From positions 1-42,439 of the IMG/VR virus record IMGVR_UViG_3300002092_000007: a DNA stretch of 42,439 nt, one strand, 5' to 3'. A model generated the notes under the pieces. The model was not told the DNA's origin. It made no database searches and worked only from the letters and a program-made list of their open reading frames with translations. Within the stretch, counting starts at the first letter, position 1; every line of letters starts with the position of its first letter. A program made the position numbers and the translations under genes. The stretch comes from a virus (Duplodnaviria > Caudoviricetes). This document shows, in pieces, positions 1 through 8,643 of this stretch.

Positions 1-101
1 CTATGTCTATGGCAATGCAACGATTGAGTCTATCTATGGCAATGCAACGATTGAGTCTATCTATGGCAATGCAACGATTGAGTCTATCTATGGCAATGCA
101 A
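1..101. repeat. Terminal direct overlap identical to 42339-42439 (circular assembly junction)
   Basis: Exact 101-nt match between the two window ends; the ORF starting at 42199 continues in frame into position 2. Confidence 0.95.
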
Positions 102-296
102 TGATTGAGTCTATCTATGGCAATGCAACGATTGAGTCTATCTATGGCAATGCAATGATTGAGTCTGTCTCTGGCAATGCAACGATTAAGTATGTCTATG
201 GCAATGCAACGATTAAGTATGTCTCTGGCAATGCAACGATTGAGTCTATCTATGGCAATGCAATGATTGAGTCTATCTATGGCAATGCAACGATTC
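2..296 (+). repeat. 27-bp tandem repeat (11 copies) encoding 9-aa units IESIYGNAT / IKYVSGNAT
   Basis: GGCAATGCAA core recurs at 11, 38, 65, 92, 119, 146, 173, 200, 227, 254, 281. Confidence 0.95.
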
Positions 297-820
297 TTCT
301 CCTTACAGGTCTTGCTTCAATAGTTTTATTATATTCAGCAAAAAAAATCGTAGCTAAAGGAATGAACTTAATAAGACAAATAGGAACAAAAAAAATAGAT
401 ATTGAAATGACAAAATCTGTAACTTTTGTTCAGATAAAAGAAACTTTTGAAACAAATCCTACTATTGAAATGTTCTCAAAGATGTATCCAGTAGAAAAAA
501 ATAAGAAAAAAGTAATTCTCTACAAAGCAGTACATAAAAAAGATGATTATTATTTCTCTGATTATAATAAAAACTTTACTTATAAAATTGGAGAAATTAA
601 AGAAGAAAAAAATGATGATTCAAAAAATTGTTCTTGTTCTTATGGTATTCATCTAGCACATAAGAATTGGGCATTACTATTTGGAAAAAGTTGGAGTGAT
701 ATGGCTATCATAGAATGCGAAACAGATATAAAAAATATTGTAGTTTCTACTGATTGTGACGGCAAACTTAGAACATCAAAAATAAAGGTCATTCGAGAAT
801 TACCAGAATCAGAATACTAA
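2..820 (+). CDS. C-terminal part of origin-spanning phage protein (starts 42199): beta-helix-like 9-aa repeats plus conserved phage C-terminal domain
   Basis: In-frame repeats followed by YKAV...FTYKIGE...CSYGIH...DGKLRTSKIKVIREL, a motif set typical of a common phage hypothetical family. Confidence 0.85.
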   Translation, partial: YVYGNATIESIYGNATIESIYGNATIESIYGNAMIESIYGNATIESIYGNAMIESVSGNATIKYVYGNATIKYVSGNATIESIYGNAMIESIYGNATILLLTGLASIVLLYSAKKIVAKGMNLIRQIGTKKIDIEMTKSVTFVQIKETFETNPTIEMFSKMYPVEKNKKKVILYKAVHKKDDYYFSDYNKNFTYKIGEIKEEKNDDSKNCSCSYGIHLAHKNWALLFGKSWSDMAIIECETDIKNIVVSTDCDGKLRTSKIKVIRELPESEY

Positions 821-848
821 AATGAAAACAACTTTCGAATATGAATAT

Positions 849-1271
849 ATGAGAGAAATAAAATTTAGAGCGTGGGATAAAGATAATGAGTTTATGGTTC
901 TTCAAGAAGGTTTGATGGACGAAAATAATTACTTTTTTAATTTTACTAATTTTGGAAAGTTAGAATTGTTACAATTAAACGATGATGACGATGATAATGG
1001 TATAAAAAGCACAAGAACTGTAAATTGCGTTTGGATGCAATACACAGGCCTCAAAGACAAAAACGGAAAAGAGATATATGAGGGGGATATTATAAATTGG
1101 ACTCACGGTGGTGAAACGGTTGATAAAGGAATAAGTCAAGTCGTATTCAATCAAGACGAATGTGCTTTTGAAGAGTGGGAAGTGGGAAAGAAAAACGGCT
1201 TTTCTATCGGTATGCTTTGGGAGATTGAAATCATCGGCAACATTTATAAAAACCTAGATTTAATTAAATAA
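849..1271 (+). CDS. YopX family protein
   Basis: MREIKFRAWDK start, MQYTGLKDKNGKEIYEGDII and EIIGNIY signatures; alternative start at 822. Confidence 0.92.
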   Translation: MREIKFRAWDKDNEFMVLQEGLMDENNYFFNFTNFGKLELLQLNDDDDDNGIKSTRTVNCVWMQYTGLKDKNGKEIYEGDIINWTHGGETVDKGISQVVFNQDECAFEEWEVGKKNGFSIGMLWEIEIIGNIYKNLDLIK

Positions 1272-1295
1272 TATGTCAGAGCCACAACAAAAACT

Positions 1296-1826
1296 ATGAA
1301 AATAAAAACAACAGGTAAATCATTAAAAGAACTTAAAGAAATTTACGGTACGGGTTCAAGTGGATTTTATCCGCAATCTTGGTATGAAAATGAAAGTTTC
1401 TATACTGAAAAACCAGAAGCAGGAACTTACGAAATTGAATTTGATAGAAAACTTTGCAATAAAACCTACAAAGAACAATTAAAAGAGCTTCCTAAAGGAT
1501 TTAGCCCCACTCATCCTGCAATAATTGTAGAAGCAATTTTATCTTATTTCAAAGAAACTGGAGAAAGACTTTTAGAGAATTGGTACGTTAAAGGTGATAC
1601 TCTCGTCTCGGTCGGTGACCGCGTCCTCGTTGGCCGCTTCGATGACGGGGGTCTCGGCGTCAGCGGCTGGCTCGACGACCGCCGCGTTGGCGTCGTGGGC
1701 TTGTCGGCGTCCCGGAAGTTAGAAATTGGAAACCTTGAATCTCTTGACACTTTTGAATCTTTGAAACTTGAATCGGCAATAAAAATAGTTAAGGATGCAG
1801 GTTATCAAATAAGCAAAATAATATAA
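1296..1826 (+). CDS. Putative DGR target protein (C-type-lectin-like fold) with a variable region near the C-terminus
   Basis: GDRVLVGRFDDGGLGVSGWLDDRRVGVVGLSASRK is encoded by an adenine-depleted, GC-rich tract dominated by NNC codons. Confidence 0.7.
   Translation: MKIKTTGKSLKELKEIYGTGSSGFYPQSWYENESFYTEKPEAGTYEIEFDRKLCNKTYKEQLKELPKGFSPTHPAIIVEAILSYFKETGERLLENWYVKGDTLVSVGDRVLVGRFDDGGLGVSGWLDDRRVGVVGLSASRKLEIGNLESLDTFESLKLESAIKIVKDAGYQISKII
1601..1718 (+). other. DGR variable-region (VR)-like tract
   Basis: Only 6 A and about 72% GC in 1601-1715 (hand count) within an otherwise strongly AT-rich gene. Confidence 0.75.
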
Positions 1827-2116
1827 TGTCACAACAAAAAACAGAGAGTGTGAAAAAAGCAATGAGTAAAATGAGAGAATACTCTGACGGAGAAGATAAG
1901 ATGCTAGGAATGATGATTTACCGCATTGATGACAAATCGCTAGAAGATATTTTTTCCCAAAACAACATAAATACTTTAGAGGAGGCTATTGAGAGAATAG
2001 AGAAAATGGAAGGAGAATATATGTATGTAAATGATTTTCCAATAAAAGAAGCAGGAAAAGCTCTTAGAAAGTCAGAAGTTTTATCAACCCTACAAGAACT
2101 AAAAGGAGAAAAATAA
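1826..2116 (+). CDS. Hypothetical phage protein
   Basis: TAATG overlap with the upstream stop; ORF track. Confidence 0.75.
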   Translation: MSQQKTESVKKAMSKMREYSDGEDKMLGMMIYRIDDKSLEDIFSQNNINTLEEAIERIEKMEGEYMYVNDFPIKEAGKALRKSEVLSTLQELKGEK

Positions 2117-2117
2117 T

Positions 2118-2315
2118 ATGTTCAATATAATAAAAGGAATTACAAAAGTAGCCTTAAGCCCTTTAAATGGGGTAAAGGAAATCTATGATGATATTACAGG
2201 GGAAAATTCAGATGAAGCTCAAGGAATATCAATTTTAACTACTGGAATTTCCTCTATCGTAAAAGGAACTGCAAAAGGTATTAAAAGTGGAGTTGAAGAT
2301 ATATTTGAAGATTAA
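2118..2315 (+). CDS. Hypothetical small protein (amphipathic)
   Basis: Tightly packed in the plus-strand operon. Confidence 0.75.
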   Translation: MFNIIKGITKVALSPLNGVKEIYDDITGENSDEAQGISILTTGISSIVKGTAKGIKSGVEDIFED

Positions 2316-2332
2316 GAACTAAAAGGAAAGAA

Positions 2333-2518
2333 ATGAAAGATAAAATACTCAAAATAAAAATATACCTTAGTGAATATATGACTTTCTACACTGGTTTTCT
2401 TGATTGGAAAGAACAAATTTGGGATAAAGACTTAGATGAAACAAATTGTTGCGACGGTAATATGTGTTGTTGTGGTGGTAGAACATTACGAGATAATTTA
2501 AAAGCTAACCTACAATAA
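2333..2518 (+). CDS. Hypothetical Cys-rich small protein
   Basis: CCDGNMCCCGG motif; operon packing. Confidence 0.7.
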   Translation: MKDKILKIKIYLSEYMTFYTGFLDWKEQIWDKDLDETNCCDGNMCCCGGRTLRDNLKANLQ

Positions 2519-2526
2519 GTAAAGAA

Positions 2527-2838
2527 ATGAAAGAAGCAATACAAAAAGCAAGAGAGGGAGGATATACACTCCAAGGAAAAGGCACAGGATTTACTGTTAT
2601 GCTTTCGGTAATAACAAATGATTATATTTTTGACCACCTACTAGGAACACAAGTACCTATTGAACGAGTTTATCTTGACAGAGATTTTTGGTATTACTTA
2701 GGTAAACAACAAAAATGGCAATCAATAGATACCGATAGGGCAAAATGGATACCTTGGATTTCTGCTTGGCACAATTTTATAGACCACCTAGCGGAAGGAA
2801 AAGATATAGATTCATTTTTTAATAACCTACTTAAATAA
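2527..2838 (+). CDS. Hypothetical phage protein
   Basis: Operon packing; WHNFIDHLAEGKDIDSFF C-terminus. Confidence 0.75.
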   Translation: MKEAIQKAREGGYTLQGKGTGFTVMLSVITNDYIFDHLLGTQVPIERVYLDRDFWYYLGKQQKWQSIDTDRAKWIPWISAWHNFIDHLAEGKDIDSFFNNLLK

Positions 2839-2839
2839 A

Positions 2840-3100
2840 ATGACCCACTCAAACAATATAGAGGAGAAGAAAGGAGAACTAAAGATTGAGGTGATTGATA
2901 CTTATAGCAATGAAGGTATTTGGCTTTCAAGTTCTATAAATGGAATACCTATATTTATTCCAAAAGAACTACAAGAAAAGCCTTTAGTTCAAATTTTACC
3001 TTTTGATAATATAAAAGATTGTAAGTGGATAATGACTAAAAAGTGTATTACTAAAGAAGAATTTAATAGCTTATACCCCGATTTTCATGTCAAACAATAA
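2840..3100 (+). CDS. Hypothetical phage protein
   Basis: Operon packing. Confidence 0.7.
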   Translation: MTHSNNIEEKKGELKIEVIDTYSNEGIWLSSSINGIPIFIPKELQEKPLVQILPFDNIKDCKWIMTKKCITKEEFNSLYPDFHVKQ

Positions 3101-3146
3101 CCTTAGAGAAGAGGAGATTTTAAAAGACCAACAAGGGGAGTAAAAT

Positions 3147-3362
3147 ATGCAACTATACGAAATACCAAAAGGTTCAAAGATACAAGTTACTATGACAAGT
3201 GGTAAAAAATGCTTTATTACATTTCATCATCTTGATGGTATGTATTCTTATTGCACACTTGAAGACGGTGACCCAGACAATGTAGTTCACTTAGCAGGAT
3301 TTACTGAACTTAAAAAAGTCGATAATTATTATGAGATAATTGAGGAAACAAATGACAAGTGA
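3147..3362 (+). CDS. Hypothetical phage protein
   Basis: FHHLDGMYSYC motif; ORF track. Confidence 0.75.
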   Translation: MQLYEIPKGSKIQVTMTSGKKCFITFHHLDGMYSYCTLEDGDPDNVVHLAGFTELKKVDNYYEIIEETNDK

Positions 3363-3522
3363 AGAAGGACAAGATAAAGTATTAAAAGTAGGACTTCTAT
3401 GGAAAGACTTTCTGTATTGGAAGAGTGGAAAGAGATTCTATGAAGACACAGGAAATTATGAAGTGGTCGATGAGAAAGATATTAATGAATTTATAAAATA
3501 TGGAAAACAAAAAACAGTATAA
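3352..3522 (+). CDS. Hypothetical small protein
   Basis: ATG (MTSEEG) overlapping the upstream gene end; the track ORF starts at TTG 3340. Confidence 0.55.
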   Translation: MTSEEGQDKVLKVGLLWKDFLYWKSGKRFYEDTGNYEVVDEKDINEFIKYGKQKTV

Positions 3523-3739
3523 AGAAACACAGTTAATGTTGATAGCATTTGCTCATTACATCAACACACACAAAGGAGAAAGATTTTGGCAAGCATTAAA
3601 GAATTGGAATCAACAATTTAATAAGGATGAACATTATATTCTAACATCATCAAGTGTTGATTTTGAGAAAGGTATCTGCAAAGATTTTAAAGATACATTC
3701 TGTAGAGGAGCTGGGGATAACGTACTTGAATTTTTTTAA
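3500..3739 (+). CDS. Hypothetical phage protein
   Basis: ERFWQALKNW motif; operon packing. Confidence 0.7.
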   Translation: MENKKQYKETQLMLIAFAHYINTHKGERFWQALKNWNQQFNKDEHYILTSSSVDFEKGICKDFKDTFCRGAGDNVLEFF

Positions 3740-3760
3740 CATTAGTGCTATTATAACTAT

Positions 3761-4330
3761 ATGAAAGCAAGAGAAGTTAAAAATGAAAATATAAGAATAT
3801 GTGAAATTTGTGGAGAAACATATTTTAGGACAGGAAAAAGAAAATCTGCGACTTGTTCTTTAGTTTGTAAAGCTAAATATAATACTAAAATACAGACAGG
3901 AAAAGAAATAAAAAAATACGGAACATATAAACCTTGTATCACTTGTAAAGAAATAATGTATGTTAATAAAGGAAGAACAAATAGAACAAAATATTGTTCA
4001 ATGAAATGTAGAAATAATGACCCAAAATCTTTTATGAAACTAAAAGGTGAAAAAAATCATAATTGGAAAGGAGGAAAACAATTAATAAAAAACTATATTT
4101 TTTTAAAAAGTCCTGACCATCCTTTTAAAAATAAAGGTGGATATGTTGCAGAACATAGATTAATTATGGAAAAAAAGATTGGTCGTTATTTAACTAAAGA
4201 TGAACAAGTACACCATATAAATGCAATTAAAACCGACAATAGAATAGAAAATTTAGAAATAGTTATGAAGAATACACATTTTGGAGTTATAAAATGTCCA
4301 CATTGCTTAAAAGATTTTAAAATAAAATAA
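3761..4330 (+). CDS. HNH homing endonuclease with N-terminal zinc fingers
   Basis: CxxC pairs, NHNWKGG, YVAEHRLIME...VHHINAIKTDNRIENL. Confidence 0.92.
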   Translation: MKAREVKNENIRICEICGETYFRTGKRKSATCSLVCKAKYNTKIQTGKEIKKYGTYKPCITCKEIMYVNKGRTNRTKYCSMKCRNNDPKSFMKLKGEKNHNWKGGKQLIKNYIFLKSPDHPFKNKGGYVAEHRLIMEKKIGRYLTKDEQVHHINAIKTDNRIENLEIVMKNTHFGVIKCPHCLKDFKIK

Positions 4331-5079
4331 TGAAAATAAAAGTAAAAGAAGATATATTTGAATTTAATGAAACTAATCATAGTTATAAACTTAATGGGAT
4401 AAAACTTCCTGGTTGCACAACAATTTTATCTATGATTTCAAAGCCAGCTCTTATCCAATGGAGTGCCAATGAGACAGCAAGATATATTAGAGAGAATTGT
4501 TTTCACAATCACGAAGGATATAAAGTTAATGAATCAGATTTAATTGAAGCATCTAAAGCTCATTCTAAAAAGAAAACAGATGCAGGAGATTGGGGAACTA
4601 TAGTACACAAAGGAATTGAAGTATGGATTAAAACAGGAGGATGTACAGGAGGAATAATCACAGATGAAGTAGAAATCAAAGGAGAGATATTTAAAATACA
4701 AGAAGACCATAAAGTAGCTATTGAACAATTCATAACATGGGCTAAATCTAATAATGTTAAATTCTTAGAGTCAGAAAAGATTTTATATTCTAAAGAAATG
4801 AATTGTGCTGGTACTTGTGACTTTGTTTGTGAGATTGATGGAAAGATATTTTTAGGTGACACAAAAACTTCAAGTAATATTTACGAAGAATTTTTTTACC
4901 AAACTGCTGCATATTCAGCGATGTTAAAAGAATTAGAATTATATACAATTGAAGGAATGGTAATAGTTAATTTAAAGAAAGATGGAACATTCAAGGTCGA
5001 ACAAAATATGGATGTAGAAGGAAATTTAGAAGCCTTCAAAGCGGCATTGGTTTTGTTTAAGAAAAAAAATAACAAATAA
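4330..5079 (+). CDS. PD-(D/E)XK exonuclease (RecB/Cas4-like recombination nuclease)
   Basis: TTILS..KPAL..W, GTIVH, E...AGTCD...DTKTS, QTAAY. Confidence 0.88.
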   Translation: MKIKVKEDIFEFNETNHSYKLNGIKLPGCTTILSMISKPALIQWSANETARYIRENCFHNHEGYKVNESDLIEASKAHSKKKTDAGDWGTIVHKGIEVWIKTGGCTGGIITDEVEIKGEIFKIQEDHKVAIEQFITWAKSNNVKFLESEKILYSKEMNCAGTCDFVCEIDGKIFLGDTKTSSNIYEEFFYQTAAYSAMLKELELYTIEGMVIVNLKKDGTFKVEQNMDVEGNLEAFKAALVLFKKKNNK

Positions 5080-5080
5080 T

Positions 5081-5233
5081 ATGGAAAGTGAATTAAATAG
5101 ACACCAAAGAAGAGTTAAAGATTGGAAAGAAAGACATAAGGATTCAATTGATAGAAAAAGAAGAATAAATGAAGAAGAAGTTAAAAGAAAGAAAGCGTGG
5201 ATTTTAAAACAAGTTAATAAAAAAACTAAATAA
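5081..5233 (+). CDS. Small basic hypothetical protein (50 aa)
   Basis: Hand-translated MESELNRHQRRVKDWKERH...KKTK; fills the gap between nuclease and SSB-like gene. Confidence 0.6.
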   Translation: MESELNRHQRRVKDWKERHKDSIDRKRRINEEEVKRKKAWILKQVNKKTK

Positions 5234-5245
5234 CAAATAACTACA

Positions 5246-5926
5246 ATGATACAAGCATCAGCACAAATTAAAAAATATGACCCAACACCAGCAGGAACAT
5301 TTCTTGCAAGATTAATTAAAGTAATCCAGATTGGAACAATTGAAGGTTCATACATGGGAGAGAAGACAATGACAAATAAAGTTCTCTTAGCTTTCGAACT
5401 TCCAACAAAGACTAAAGTATTTAAAGAAGAAAAAGGACCTCAGCCAATAATGCACCAACAAGAATATACACTTTCAATGGGAGCAAAAGCAAACCTACGA
5501 AAGATTGTTGAAGGATTGATTGGTGTAACACTTACAGACGTTGAGGCATACGCATTTGATATTGAGAAACTTGCAGGAACACCTTGCTTACTTACAATCA
5601 AACACAAGACTTCTAAAACAGGAAACGTCAGAGGAGAAATTTCATCTGTTAGTCCACTAATGGAAGGACAGACTTGTCCAGAGAAAGTTAATCCTATTGT
5701 AACTCTATCATTCTCAGACTGGAATCAAGGAATCTTTGAATCTCTACCACAATTTCTACAAGAAAAGATTAAAGGTTCTGAAGAATATAAAAAGAAGTTT
5801 AGTAATCCTGTTGTAGAAGGAGAAATCTCTCAAGAAGATGCCGATTATCTTACTAAAATGAGAGAAGGATATAATGCTCAGATTGATAAGTCTGATGATA
5901 TTAATGTAGAGGATATTCCATTCTAA
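5246..5926 (+). CDS. Single-stranded DNA-binding-like protein
   Basis: Acidic C-terminal tail ending EDIPF; located next to a recombination nuclease. Confidence 0.75.
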   Translation: MIQASAQIKKYDPTPAGTFLARLIKVIQIGTIEGSYMGEKTMTNKVLLAFELPTKTKVFKEEKGPQPIMHQQEYTLSMGAKANLRKIVEGLIGVTLTDVEAYAFDIEKLAGTPCLLTIKHKTSKTGNVRGEISSVSPLMEGQTCPEKVNPIVTLSFSDWNQGIFESLPQFLQEKIKGSEEYKKKFSNPVVEGEISQEDADYLTKMREGYNAQIDKSDDINVEDIPF

Positions 5927-6261
5927 TGAAACCAACTAAACAACAAATTGAGAAGATGCAGAAGGGTAAAGAAGAATCTAAACCTAGAGAAGTCTTTAAA
6001 ATCAAAGGTTGGATAGTAACTTGTGATAAATATAATTGGACAACTCATAAAGGAAAATTAACATACTATTTCTCTACTTTAGAGAACGCTTTATATTATA
6101 TTCAGATGATGGAAGAAAGAAAAGTCGAAGGAGAAATGGCAGAAGTAGTAAATAAGCTAGTTTTGAGTCGAGAGAAGTTCCTAGAAGGCCTCCTGCACCT
6201 GCTACAAGGTCAGCCACAGCCTTTAGATGCTCGACCCTTACATAGTTGCCATAATAGCTAA
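5926..6261 (+). CDS. Hypothetical phage protein
   Basis: TAATG overlap with the upstream gene. Confidence 0.65.
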   Translation: MKPTKQQIEKMQKGKEESKPREVFKIKGWIVTCDKYNWTTHKGKLTYYFSTLENALYYIQMMEERKVEGEMAEVVNKLVLSREKFLEGLLHLLQGQPQPLDARPLHSCHNS

Positions 6262-6294
6262 TTAATCGCTTAAAAGTCGTTATAGACAAGAGAA

Positions 6295-6630
6295 ATGATA
6301 AAAATTCAAGCATATTTAACAGGATTTTCAAGAAAAGCAGATAGGAGTTGTTCTATCCGTTTCGAAACACAGGAAATATCATCTGAAGAGCTATTAGAGT
6401 TAGATAAACACTATGGAGACTTTGGGTGGCTAGTGTTCAACCAGAATCAAATTGAGACTATGGATATTCCTACTGAACAAGCTGAGGATAAGAATAAGAC
6501 ACCTAGTAAGAGATTGAGAAATTCACTATTTGTACTATGGAAACAGAGAGGAGAGACTGGAGACTTTGAATCCTATTATCGCACTCAAGTCGAGAAATTT
6601 ATTAATGTAGTGAAGTCTAAATTAGATTAA
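6295..6630 (+). CDS. Conserved hypothetical phage protein
   Basis: KTPSKRLRNSLFVLW...FESYY motif. Confidence 0.8.
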   Translation: MIKIQAYLTGFSRKADRSCSIRFETQEISSEELLELDKHYGDFGWLVFNQNQIETMDIPTEQAEDKNKTPSKRLRNSLFVLWKQRGETGDFESYYRTQVEKFINVVKSKLD

Positions 6631-6645
6631 TGTTCCTTGAAAATA

Positions 6646-7374
6646 ATGAATAAGCAAAAAATGTTATTGTTCGATATAGAGACTTTTGCAAACTTAGGTT
6701 ATACATGGGGACGTTGGGAACAGAACGTAATAGCCTTCCAAAAAGAAGGATATATGCTAACATTCGCTTATAAATGGCTTGGAGAGAAAACAATCCATGC
6801 AAGAGGTTTACCAGACTTTCCAATGTATAAGAAGGATAAAGAAAATGATAAACAATTAGTTACAGAACTATGGGATTTATTTAATGAGGCAGATGTGATT
6901 ATAGGTCATCATCTTGATAGTTTTGATATTCGAAAGTCTAATGCGTTCTTTGCTAAAGCAGGTTTACCTCCACCAAGTCCTTATAAGACAGTAGATACCA
7001 AGAAGATTGCAAAGAGATACTTCTTCTTTAACTCAAACAAGTTAGATGATATTGGAAACTATTTAGGTTTAGGAAGAAAGATTGATACAGGAGGATTTGA
7101 TTTATGGCTTGATTGTAGAGCAGGAGATTTAAAGGCTTGGAAGAAAATGTTGAAGTACAATAAGCAAGATGTTGCTCTTTTAGAACAGGTTTATCTTAAA
7201 TTACTTCCTTGGATTAAGAATCATCCAGACCAAGGACTTAAAGGAGAATGTCCAAACTGCGGTAGTTCCCATTTGAATAAGAGAGGAATACAGATTTCTA
7301 GGAAGGGTAAGTCTCAACGTTTACAGTGCATTAACTGTGGTGCATGGAGTAGTTTAAAATTAAAAAATGGATAA
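6646..7374 (+). CDS. RNase H-like 3'-5' exonuclease (DnaQ/YprB-like) with C-terminal zinc ribbon
   Basis: FDIET, GHHLDSFD, YNKQDV motifs; CPNCGS...CINCG. Confidence 0.88.
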   Translation: MNKQKMLLFDIETFANLGYTWGRWEQNVIAFQKEGYMLTFAYKWLGEKTIHARGLPDFPMYKKDKENDKQLVTELWDLFNEADVIIGHHLDSFDIRKSNAFFAKAGLPPPSPYKTVDTKKIAKRYFFFNSNKLDDIGNYLGLGRKIDTGGFDLWLDCRAGDLKAWKKMLKYNKQDVALLEQVYLKLLPWIKNHPDQGLKGECPNCGSSHLNKRGIQISRKGKSQRLQCINCGAWSSLKLKNG

Positions 7375-7786
7375 AGAATATTTAATTTGGTTAGCAGGTT
7401 TTTGGGAAGGTGAAGGTAGTTGTGGATATTATCCTGATAAAAAAGGAGGTGTTGGAAGAATAACTTTTACTGTTAACCAAAAAGAAAGACAATCTTTACA
7501 GGAGATACATGATTTTTTTGGATACGGTGCTGTTTCTTGTGGAAGAAAAGGTACATCTAAAGAATGTTACGCATACTTTACTTCTAGTAACAGTGCGATG
7601 TATATTTTAGAATTACTACTTCCTTTTATGAGAACTGATAGAAAAATTAAACAGGCTGAAGATGCTATTAAAAATTGGAAGTGTCGAAAACAAACAAAAG
7701 AATTTAAAGAAAGATTTTCTAATTTTCAAAGAGAAAAAGCTTTAAAAGCTAATAGAAATTCTACTCGTAATAGATTTTCAAAATAA
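7367..7786 (+). CDS. LAGLIDADG homing endonuclease (single motif)
   Basis: WLAGFWEGEGS motif, VNQKE, FGYGAV. Confidence 0.85.
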   Translation: MDKEYLIWLAGFWEGEGSCGYYPDKKGGVGRITFTVNQKERQSLQEIHDFFGYGAVSCGRKGTSKECYAYFTSSNSAMYILELLLPFMRTDRKIKQAEDAIKNWKCRKQTKEFKERFSNFQREKALKANRNSTRNRFSK

Positions 7787-7792
7787 AACAAA

Positions 7793-7969
7793 ATGAAAAC
7801 AGAAAAACAAATAATTGAAGAATTTAAATTAAGATTCTTAAAGAAACTAAAGAAGAAGGTTGTAAGCGAAAGAGTGATGAAAGCAGCAGGAGATAGTGCT
7901 AGAAACGCCTTTGATGGATATAATGCTTGTGTAAAAGATGTTGAAAAGATGGTTGCAAAGTTAGACTAA
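7793..7969 (+). CDS. Small hypothetical protein (58 aa)
   Basis: Hand-translated MKTEKQIIEEFK...GYNACVKDVEKMVAKLD. Confidence 0.6.
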   Translation: MKTEKQIIEEFKLRFLKKLKKKVVSERVMKAAGDSARNAFDGYNACVKDVEKMVAKLD

Positions 7970-7981
7970 ATGTGGTACAAT
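7953..7981 (+). promoter_or_regulatory. sigma70-type promoter for the holin-like/transglycosylase pair
   Basis: TTGCAA-17 nt-TACAAT with TG extended -10. Confidence 0.7.
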
Positions 7982-8021
7982 GATAGTAGGTAGATTATAA
8001 ACTTATAATTAACTAACTAAA

Positions 8022-8210
8022 ATGAATTACAACGGAACATATATCTCAATCGCAGCTCTAATCGTAGCAGGACTTAACTATTTTGGAGTTGTTGTTGCTC
8101 AAGATACAGCAGTACAAATACTAGCAGGATTAGTGGCTCTATATGGAGTTATTAATCAAGCGGTAGCACATAAACAACTAGGAGTTGCAGCAGGAATTGT
8201 GCGTGACTAG
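8022..8210 (+). CDS. Holin-like small membrane protein
   Basis: Two hydrophobic segments; directly upstream of a muralytic enzyme. Confidence 0.6.
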   Translation: MNYNGTYISIAALIVAGLNYFGVVVAQDTAVQILAGLVALYGVINQAVAHKQLGVAAGIVRD

Positions 8211-8237
8211 TCTTTACAGACGATAAACAGTTCTACT

Positions 8238-8612
8238 ATGAAAAACACACTAACAATAGCTCTAATCGGGCTATTTTTGGTCTCATATTGCTTTGCAGAT
8301 ACTACTATAGCACCTGTTAAAGTGATTCCACCACATGAACCAACTATTAAAGAATTAATTGCTATTTATGCAAATAAGTATGATGTATCAGAATCTATGA
8401 TGCACAAAGTGATTAAATGCGAATCAGAATATAAACCTAAAGCATTAGGAGATAACGGACACGCAAGAGGATTAGTTCAGATAAATGATATTTGGCATCC
8501 AGAGGTATCTAAGTCAGATGCTTATAACCCAGAGTTTGCAATAGAGTTCTTAGCTAAAGGATTGGCAAATGGAAATGGACATGAATGGTCTTGTTATAGA
8601 AAACTTACTTGA
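8238..8612 (+). CDS. Secreted lytic transglycosylase (SLT-like)
   Basis: N-terminal signal peptide; CES, GLVQIN, NPEFAIEF, EWSCY. Confidence 0.85.
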   Translation: MKNTLTIALIGLFLVSYCFADTTIAPVKVIPPHEPTIKELIAIYANKYDVSESMMHKVIKCESEYKPKALGDNGHARGLVQINDIWHPEVSKSDAYNPEFAIEFLAKGLANGNGHEWSCYRKLT

Positions 8613-8637
8613 CAAGAAGATTAGGATATGATATAAT
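8609..8637 (+). promoter_or_regulatory. Consensus sigma70 promoter
   Basis: TTGACA-17 nt-TATAAT with TG extended -10. Confidence 0.85.
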
Positions 8638-8643
8638 ATTATC

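Noticed and set aside
2-296. CRISPR-like array
   Set aside because: Units are contiguous 27-mers with no unique spacers and lie in frame within a protein.
1544-1750. Minus-strand 68-aa ORF
   Set aside because: Shadow of the A-poor VR tract; the antisense strand lacks T and therefore stop codons.
4330-5079. Cas4 of a CRISPR system
   Set aside because: No array or other cas genes; typical phage recombination nuclease context beside an SSB-like gene.
7367-7786. Group I intron or intein around the LAGLIDADG gene
   Set aside because: Flanking genes appear complete and there is no room for intron core structure.
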